Positions 57,381 to 64,000 of a stretch of 64,000 nt of DNA are shown here, piece by piece; the first letter of the stretch is position 1; each line of letters opens with the position of its first letter. Below the pieces are notes generated by a model. The model had not been told where the DNA came from. It was given only the letters and a program-made list of their open reading frames with translations, and ran no database searches. This DNA is from Tetramitus jugosus (Eukaryota > Protista > Heterolobosea). Both the position numbers and the translations under genes were made by a program. The stretch is taken from the NCBI GenBank assembly GCA_937625935.1, contig OW569369.1, forward strand, positions 310,001-374,000, given 5' to 3'.

Positions 57381-60159
57381 TCAACTGCCTCTTGGAGTGT
57401 TTCTCGAACCACCTCTCTGTCCTCTCTGTTTTATATCAATGGTATAGTTCAGAGCTGAGATCCATTCCTTTAACTCCTCGCTCGTCTTGAATCCGATGCG
57501 AAATGTTCTCCTTCCGCAGTTGATATCGATCAAGAAGGGGAAATCGGCCAGTAACTTGTTGGATGACGGTACAGGTGTCGATACCTCTGTTACTGACTTG
57601 ATTGTATGTGTGGCCACTCTACCCTTGACTTTCATTGTTTTCCTCGATTCGAAATAACTGAACTGGTCAACTGTAAGTGTAAAGTATCGTTCCTTCCAAC
57701 TCTTTCGAACAGCTCCCAATTTGATCATATCACCATCAATTAGTAGATTATCTGTTCGCAACTCTCTCGTCAAAATAAGCAACTGTTTAAGGTCTTCCCT
57801 GAACTCATATTCCTTCTTATCGAATTCTGAAAATGTTTTCAGTACTTGTTTGTTGGTACTTCCACCGCGAGAGCGAATTGTCTCACTAATCGTGTAATGC
57901 CAAATTTCAATCGTTTTGGCATAGAATGCATCTGCAAACACTTTTTGTTTATACTTGGCAGTGAAAAAGTAAACTTCGCCAAGCAAGCAATATGCCATCT
58001 TCTTTTTCGACTCATACTTGTCTCCCCAATTCATTTCGATCAATTTGAGCAATTGAGTCGCAGAGGCATCGAATTCAACTGTGCAGTCCGCTGTGAAACT
58101 CGATTGCATCGATCGCACAGCACCCAACTCAAAAAACAAGCGTCCCAAGTGCAACAGACACGCGGCGTTGTTCGGATTCTGGCGCAATGTTGCCTCAATC
58201 GATTGTATACCTCGCTCAATTAAACTGTTTCGCAACGTGACTTGTGACTCGGACAGCATTAAAGCAACATCCTTGCTCAGCAATACACTACAATACATGG
58301 AGTTTTCTGTGGGTTGAACGATTGGCGCCGAAGAGGGGGGTGTCGATGGAGATGATGGTGTACTGATTGGCAGAAAACCGCCACTGATTCGACCATTTTG
58401 CAACTGTTTCATCCGCTCGCTAAACTTCAATAATAGCTGTGCTCGATCTTGATTAATTCGTGTCTTAAATGTCAAGTCATGCACACTATAACTCCTCGTT
58501 AGCATGCTACTGATTTGATCGTCATCGTATAGTGAATCATTCATGGAGTGCAACTCGAAAACAACAGAGGCGGATGGTACATGCGTATTTGCCTTTTCAA
58601 ACAACGCTGATGCATAATACAAACAATTGTCTTCGTTCAGATGATAATCTGCCTTTTCTTGCAGAATTTTTTGCTCAATGCTCATCACCCTCTCCCATGT
58701 CTCAATACACTTGTCAATGAGCTTGAGATCCTCTATAGAATACACCCAATTCGTCTTGCTTCGGTCATCAGTCGAATCAGTAATGATCGGATTGCTGTAA
58801 ATAGCACTCAGCTCTCTCCTTCTCCGAATCTGATACAATTGCAGTGTTCCCAGATTGGTGAGACACGATAGGAGAATACTGTTGGACAAATCGTACCGTT
58901 CCACACATTCCAAACACTCTTCATAGGACACCTTTGCCTTATCACACAACGGCTCCCATCTTTGTCTCCTAAAAGTGGACCACTCTGTCAAAATCGTACC
59001 AAAATAAAAGTGCATGAGCGTAATCATGCTCACAATTTCATTAAAAAACTTTTCATCTCTTTCCAGCGATCCCATACACTGCTTTAAGCAATGATTGGCA
59101 ATTGATTGAGCATTGTCCATTTGCAGGCACACTTCTTGAAAAAACTTGTCCGAATAATCCGTTGAACCAATCATGCTAAACTTGCTAATCAATTGTTGCT
59201 CCTGTGATCTTGCACTCACAATTTTCATAATCGTGGATTGCAACAGGGCTCGACTCTGCAGAAAATAGAGCTTTGATTTCAGGAGGAGCAATTCGAGAGG
59301 ACTCATGCCATCCAGGAATGGATTTCCACTCGTTGTACTACTCGAACTCATTCTCACCATCATGTTGTTCGTATTCGTATTCGTATTGTTAGTATTAGTA
59401 TTATCAGTATTATTAGTATTATTATTATTATTATTATTCGTATCGTAATCATCTGCATCAGAAACAATTGTTTCATCCTCATGATCTTCAATCTTTGTCG
59501 CATTTTTCGTCACAGTGTTACAACTAGTCATACTAGTAGCATTAGCAGAATGAGCACGTCTACTACTCGTATGATTGTTCGCTACGACAATGGACGTTCG
59601 ATCAATAGACACGTGCTCCAACAGGGACAGTGCATGCCTCGTTTTCGAATCACACGAATTATACAAGTACAATTTTTCTTGTGCTTGATTCTTGAGTTGA
59701 CAACAATTGGCCATCAAATAATAGGCATGAGCATGCAAGTAGCACAGTCTTGCATCTCTGTCATTGTACTTTCCCATTTGTTCTTCAATTTTGAACCGAT
59801 CGACCAACTCTTTGCACATGCTATAAATGTTATCGGATTTCAACTTGTGAATTTGATAGTGTGATTGTGAAGTGTTGGGCACATCGATCGATACCAACAA
59901 ATCTGAGACATGATCATCACATGGATCATCAATATCATATCATTGTTATTGTTAAGTTATTATTATTATGTTGTTGTTATTGTTATTGTTGTTAGTGTTT
60001 GATAAATGATCACATGACAAAAAAAAATTGGGAGAGTGGTTTTATTCCACCGCACACACACACAGAAGAAGTGAGATTTTTTTTCAGTCTTTTGTCTCTG
60101 GTTGTGTTGTGGGTTCCAACTGCTGTGTACATACCTTCTTCATGTCTCTGGTAGGACAT
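57381..60159 (-). CDS. TPR-like helical protein with C-terminal PH domain; 2 exons (60159-60135, 59902-57381)
   Basis: A 25-nt first exon ATG TCC TAC CAG AGA CAT GAA GAA G|GTATGT splices in frame to CAG|ATTTG. PH motif GDMIKLGAVRKSWKERYF...EWISAL. Confidence 0.82.
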
Positions 60160-60693
60160 TGTGTAGTTTGACTGATTTTGTTGTTTTGTGTTTGTAGTTG
60201 GTTAGATGATTCGGAATTACGTGGGGGTCGACGAGAGAGCTTTTTTTGCTTGTTTTTGTGCGTGAGGTTAAGGTTCAGTTTTTGTTGTGGTGGGTGTCGG
60301 TGGCTGCTTTTGTTTGGGCATTTTATTTTTGACAGGTGATATGTTTACAACTGTCCAGGTGCCAACAAACAGTCGAATCCAAGGGTTTCCCAGAGTGGCA
60401 GTCGGGTCTGGATATCTCCTTGGCCACAACGAACCGATAGTGGAAAACGGGACAATATCCTAGAGGCAAACAAGTCATCCTTTTTGGAGTGGCGAGATGG
60501 ATTGCGTCGCCAGCGTCATTGACAGCAAGAGAGAATGTATTGGCTTTTTTGAGGAATGACAGATGCACTCTCGAATCCCATGACACAAACAAGATTACGA
60601 TATACACTCCATATTTAGTGATCGTATGAATAAGGCCTGTATTTGACCATCAAACACCCGGTCTTACATCGCCAATGTTACGATCAAGCACCA

Positions 60694-61215
60694 CTACGAT
60701 TTCTTCTGTTCCTGGACAACAATTGTTTCGGGCTCTGAGAATCTACCCCAGTGCTTCTCAGGTGGATAACCCTTGCTCACCAACTTTTCATTCGTTTCTT
60801 GCCACAGTTCAAGATAGTGCTCCTTCAGTGTCGGAGGCAAGTCCATTGGTTGACAGAACCAATGATTTTCCTCCTTTAAAATCTTTCGAGCTTCACGTTC
60901 GATTCGATCAGCCTTGTTCCCATAGGCAAAATCAGCCTGATAAGCCACCAAGAACGGCACCAACACAAAAGGAATATAATTGAGCGGCAGTGGAGATATT
61001 CTCCGAAGTCGGATCATTCTACCTAAACTTACTCCGCCCATGATGGCATAGAAACCACAGAGCCAATTGACACGATCTCTCATCATGGCCATCCGAGATG
61101 CCATTTCCATGTCTCTCCTCCGCTTCATCTTCTTGAATTGGAGTAATTGTTGTTTGATGGCAGCATTTCTCTGTCTTTCTTCCACTTGGTTGAGAACACT
61201 GTTTACGATACCCAT
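60694..61215 (-). CDS. PLGRKT: Plasminogen receptor (KT)-like / DUF2368 membrane protein
   Basis: R..EMASRMAMMRD..W, two TM helices, PF.VAYQADFAYGNK..RI..EA..IL family signature. Confidence 0.8.
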   Translation of the reverse strand: MGIVNSVLNQVEERQRNAAIKQQLLQFKKMKRRRDMEMASRMAMMRDRVNWLCGFYAIMGGVSLGRMIRLRRISPLPLNYIPFVLVPFLVAYQADFAYGNKADRIEREARKILKEENHWFCQPMDLPPTLKEHYLELWQETNEKLVSKGYPPEKHWGRFSEPETIVVQEQKKS

Positions 61216-61347
61216 GTTTGATGATCTGAGAGTGTGTTTTATTGTGAGTGCAAGGCCGCGAATGCCGAGTGTGAATTCCGTTTTTTTGTTGTTATTTGTT
61301 CGAAGTTGGTTGTGTGAAATCGAAGAGAAACTCCTCTCTCTCAGAAT

Positions 61348-61584
61348 TTATGTTTTTTTTACAAACTTAATGTTACAAGGAGTGGTGATATTAAGGACTC
61401 CGGAAATCTTGAACCGGGGAGTGGGAAAAGTACCCCAGTGCTTCTCAGGAGGAAATCCGTGACTGATCAAGTAGTCATTATGATCTTCGTACACTTTCAT
61501 GTAAGCATCTCTCATCGTTACTGGCAATTCCATTGGCTTATGGAACCAATGATGGAGTTCTTCCTTCAAAATTTTATGTGCTTC
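61348..61584 (-). pseudogene. 3' portion of a tandem PLGRKT-like paralog, cut off upstream by transposon-like DNA
   Basis: EAHKILKEELHHWFHKPMELP...GFPPEKHWG aligns with EARKILKEENHWFCQPMDLP...GYPPEKHWG; homology stops at about 61584. Confidence 0.72.
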
Positions 61585-64000
61585 CTAAACCGAAAGAAAA
61601 CGCCTGAAATCGGTTCCGTTCGCTGTTCGAAAAGTTCCACCGGTGCTTTTGGCCAAAACAGGAATCTTCCTCCCGTCGAAAGGAGGGATGACCATGACAT
61701 TGCTGATCGATTCCTTGCTCACAAGACAATCAGAAAGAACTTTTGATCTGGTGTTCATGGCCATGGTGGAGCTCCATTATGGTTCTTAGAGTATTTTTGT
61801 TTATTTTTGACTTCTGGGACACAGGGATTCCCGGATGACATTTTTTTGACTCCCGAGCCGCTCCACCTCTGTTTTGTTCTTCCTTTTTGGTTGATACCTG
61901 GAGAAGTCTGCACATGCGTCATGTCTCAAGGTAGAGCAGTCCGAAACGGGACAACAACGAGTCACGCGCCAGGTTAGAAAGGTAGATGCAGCAGTGGAGT
62001 TCAATGGTAGCTTTATTTGTAGCGGGGCTTATCTCAGTGTCATGGCGTGCCAATCTAGCACATCCATGACATACTCAACTTGGTCATCCACAATAAATAC
62101 AATCAACAAATTGTTGATCTCTCGTAGATCTTTACTGTTCATTGTCATCAAACGCTTGTTGTGCACGTTCTGCACAGTCACCATCCATCTCTCCTCATCT
62201 CCTTCTTGTTGTTTGTAAATCTTGTGGATCATTCCAATCCTATGTCACCAATTGAGGTAGGTCAACATTGATACAATCACACAAAATGCAGAGGAATACA
62301 TACGATCGGTCCTTGAACCTGACAAAACTGTTCTGAAAGGTTCTTTGCCTGACATGAGCTCTGGACTCTACCAATCTTCCATCAATTCTAGCGTACTTGA
62401 ACACTGTTTGACTGAAATCCCTAGTTGATGACGACTTTTGTTTGTCTTGACCGTAAATAAAGACAGACCGGTCATCATTAGATGTAGTGGGCAATCACCA
62501 TCTTTTTGCTCTTTCATCACAAGTGTTAGTCAGGACAACTGAACAAGCACACAGCAAGTCATTCACATACCTTCATTCGTTGTAGTACTTTTCTTGTCGT
62601 ATCATCCTTCACTTCACTCATTCGACGGTCCGAGAACTGATAGAGCGGTATCGCTTCTGACAATCCCTTCTCAACACGATAGGTGCCATGTATCCCACTG
62701 AGAACAATCTTGTTAAAACTCTCAAACGGAAAGGCACTATAGCAGATCAACGGTCCATGTCTCTTGTAACACCAGCCATAATGAATGAGCAAATGAATGT
62801 TGTAGGTGGCCCGATCATACCCATAGAGAGTTTGGAATCCTTTGACATAGTCGAACAATTTTGCTTTCCATCCCAGTTGTGTTGATCAACAGAGGAGTCA
62901 CCATCGACTCTAATTCTTTTCCAACATCTCTGATGTTCTTCTCTTTCCATTTGTCTCCAATTCTTCTTATTGCTTTGTTGTTGTTGACGGGAAGTTCGTA
63001 TGTTTTGGATTTTTGTATCCCTTTGCGGAGTAATTTCTGTACTTGGTTGACTGGCGCCACCTGTCGGAAATTTTTGTTTCGACTGGCAAACAAAAACAAC
63101 AACTACGGTATACAATGTCAAGCTCTACTGCCTCGCAATGAAAACAATGATTTTAATTGCTGGTCCGGCCCTGGGTTTAGATCCTCTGGGAGTTAGCTAT
63201 GCCTTGCCCAGTGCTGCCAAGAAATTGGAACGAACAAACTTGAAGCGAGAGGATGTCAAAAAGATTGTTTCTCTCGCAACGCTTCATTGTACCTTCTTCA
63301 AGGAGAAGAAGAGGAAGGAAGATGTATTGAAAAAGCAAGCAATCTATAATGGAAGGGATGATACTCTGTTGAAGATTGCCATGAGTGCTCAGGCTGCTCT
63401 GAAAAGTCGCAAGAAGTTCTCCGAATATGTGTCTGTTGCATTGAGAGCATTGCATGCCGATAGAATCGACGGTAGCAACAAGAGACTGAGAGAACCTACG
63501 GTACCAGAAGATACTGAACAAGATAACGGTTGTAGTACAACCAAGAGAGCAAGAACTAGCTCTTACATTGAAGAATAAACATCCAATCATTTGAAACAAA
63601 ATGAGAGCTGCTTCTTTTTGTTGGTTGAGGAGCTTCCAACACCAAACAACGTCACTTGCTCAGGTAGAGCAAGCCATGGAGCTCGAACCCAGAGCACCCT
63701 CCTGCTGTGCAATGAACCGTACTCTCACTCTGACAACTGGCGCAACCAAAGACCCAAAAGAACGCTACCTGACACGCCGAGGGGCAAGGCGGCGCTTTAT
63801 TTTTTTACCCGGGGAACCCCAATTCAACCTTCCATCAGAAGTTCGAGGAGGTTGACATAAGACATGTCCTTTCGAGCTCCCATCAAGAACGATAAAGATG
63901 TGGTTGTGTTCTTGTAATCCACATGATAACGCTCTCTTAGAGTGGCAATAGATCCCGAAAGCGTGGAGTACACGTTTCCAATGAATGACTTTGCCAACAC
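61585..64000 (-). mobile_element. Degraded EnSpm/CACTA-like element, probably extending beyond the window
   Basis: 62858-62559 encodes YNIHLLIHY...GPLICYSAFPFESFN, the catalytic-E region of EnSpm-like transposases, with fragmented downstream frames to about 62030. Boundaries uncertain. Confidence 0.6.
63138..63578 (+). CDS. Hypothetical ORF within the putative element
   Basis: 146-aa basic helical ORF; no family recognised. Confidence 0.35.
   Translation: MKTMILIAGPALGLDPLGVSYALPSAAKKLERTNLKREDVKKIVSLATLHCTFFKEKKRKEDVLKKQAIYNGRDDTLLKIAMSAQAALKSRKKFSEYVSVALRALHADRIDGSNKRLREPTVPEDTEQDNGCSTTKRARTSSYIEE

Noticed and set aside
60323-60680. Intergenic stretch of higher complexity as an ncRNA or gene
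   Set aside because: No recognisable RNA motif or convincing ORF.

Overview
Gene-dense eukaryotic protist DNA with short GT-AG introns, poly-Q/N tracts and receptor-type adenylate cyclases. It is most consistent with a heterolobosean (Naegleria-like) genome; this is inferred from gene content, not proven. Housekeeping genes include ADK, COQ2, SmD3, DDX10, UBL5, RPLP0, IDE, GLO1, ABHD11, peroxiredoxin, centrin, sphingosine kinase and ThrRS. RNA genes are three tRNAs (Thr-TGT, Pro-TGG, Val-AAC) and an SRP (7SL) RNA hidden under a spurious ORF extension. Three mobile-DNA loci stand out. (1) 28681-32847 is a DNA transposon with an intact 1020-aa RAG1/Transib-type DDE transposase, 14-bp TIRs containing an RSS-heptamer-like CACAGT(G/T), and a convergent unknown second ORF; it sits in the first codons of a C2-domain gene. 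(2) About 46.8-52.15 kb is a stack of 5'-truncated non-LTR retrotransposons. The youngest has a 16-bp TSD, an AATAAA signal and a poly(A) tail, and its 5' end lies 46 bp upstream of, and head-to-head with, tRNA-Val, recalling Dictyostelium TRE5 tRNA targeting. A hAT element (15-bp TIR, 8-bp TSD) is nested in its 3' UTR. (3) An EnSpm/CACTA-like remnant at the right edge abuts a truncated PLGRKT paralog.
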